Source: an uncultured Alphaproteobacteria bacterium
GTDB taxonomy: Bacteria > Pseudomonadota > Alphaproteobacteria > RF32 > CAG-239
Length of the DNA: 64,000 nucleotides
Direction: 5' to 3'
Assembly (NCBI GenBank): GCA_944393695.1
Contig: CALYAY010000001.1
Span: 185,436-249,435, forward strand
Made by a program: the position numbers and the translations under genes. Positions 63,613-64,000 of the stretch are shown one piece after another. The notes beneath the pieces were generated by a model that searched no databases, had not been told where the DNA came from, and worked only from the letters and a program-made list of their open reading frames with translations. Numbering within the stretch: position 1 is the stretch's first letter; each line of letters starts with the position of its first letter.

Positions 63613-64000
63613 GCAAAGAAGTCTTAACACATTCGGAAGTTTATGTTAAGAAAACCAACCGCATTATTCTTGTGGTTGGTATTACTTCTTTATTATTATT
63701 CCTGTTGGGTATCTATCTTTTGATGGAAAGTAAAAAAAAGCCGAGCGAATATACCGAGCCGGTTTTCACCGATAATGCCGATGCGCTCAATTTCGGTTCG
63801 GCCAATCCTCTGGATAACAATATTGAATTTAATACCTTGGAGGATGCTCCCGATCCCATCACTCTCACACCTGATCCCGTTCCTCTGGGACAAGTCGTCC
63901 TGGGGACATCGGCAGACAATGTTTTAACCGTCGGCACCAATGGCAAGGCCGCTATCCGCATCACGGCAGTCCGGCTGGCAGAACCTCCTGCCGATGGATT
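63609..64000 (+). CDS. virB10: VirB10-like protein, N-terminal part only (runs off the window end)
   Basis: Manual translation from ATG 63609 (ATGA overlap with the virB9 stop) gives MSKEVLTHSEVYVKKTNRIILVVGITSLLLFLLGIYLLMESKKKPSEY...PDPITLTPDPVPLGQ. That is a short cytoplasmic tail, one TM helix, and a Pro-containing linker, the usual VirB10 N-terminal layout. The frame is open to 64000. Assignment is by position and topology only. Confidence 0.5.
   Translation, partial: MSKEVLTHSEVYVKKTNRIILVVGITSLLLFLLGIYLLMESKKKPSEYTEPVFTDNADALNFGSANPLDNNIEFNTLEDAPDPITLTPDPVPLGQVVLGTSADNVLTVGTNGKAAIRITAVRLAEPPADG

Noticed and set aside
37234-64000. Annotating the pilus-T4SS block as an integrative conjugative element inserted at tRNA-Arg
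   Set aside because: There is no integrase, relaxase or coupling protein, and no direct repeat of the tRNA 3' end in the window. The locus also lies on the 5' side of the tRNA rather than at its 3' end. The evidence is insufficient.

Overview
This 64-kb window reads as a chromosomal segment of an alphaproteobacterium. The evidence is fpg / enoyl-CoA hydratase / rpsT / dnaA synteny, ihfB-lapA, and an rvh-like type IV secretion layout, which suggests a Rickettsiales- or Holosporales-like lineage. Taxonomy is inferred only from gene content and order.

Positions 1-31.4 kb are ordinary core genome:
- yejBA-type ABC importer
- accA, rmuC, ihfB, lapA-like, accD
- recF-dnaN-dnaA with a 1-kb non-coding leader, then rpsT
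- mutM, tsaB, a Lon-like protease, an LMW phosphatase
- an Hpt plus LuxR-type response regulator pair
- rsmE, cmk, rpsA

From about 31.4 kb the window becomes accessory:
- an orphan PilT/VirB11-family ATPase
- a CsoR-like repressor, a porin, and a canonical type IV prepilin
- a 720-bp mosaic of nested palindromic repeats
- an XRE regulator and tRNA-Arg(CCT)

A large divergent super-locus follows:
- On the minus strand (37.4-47.7 kb) is an R64-type (type IVb) pilus operon. Its order is pilL-like lipoprotein, pilN secretin, pilO, pilP, pilQ ATPase, pilR platform, and a pilin-like terminal gene.
- On the plus strand (48.1 kb to beyond the window end) is a VirB-type T4SS. It has three tandem VirB2 paralogs, VirB3, VirB4, VirB8-VirB7-VirB8, a VirB9 fused to a SPOR domain, and the start of a VirB10-like gene.

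The most unusual part is the slot normally occupied by VirB5/VirB6. It holds four secreted, acidic, coiled-coil proteins of 581, 275, 395 and 1254 aa with no membrane spans. Three of them share the same predicted mature N-terminus (FL...).

No VirB6, VirB1, prepilin peptidase, relaxase, coupling protein or integrase is visible in the window. All functional calls rest on motif recognition from the supplied translations. No database search was run.
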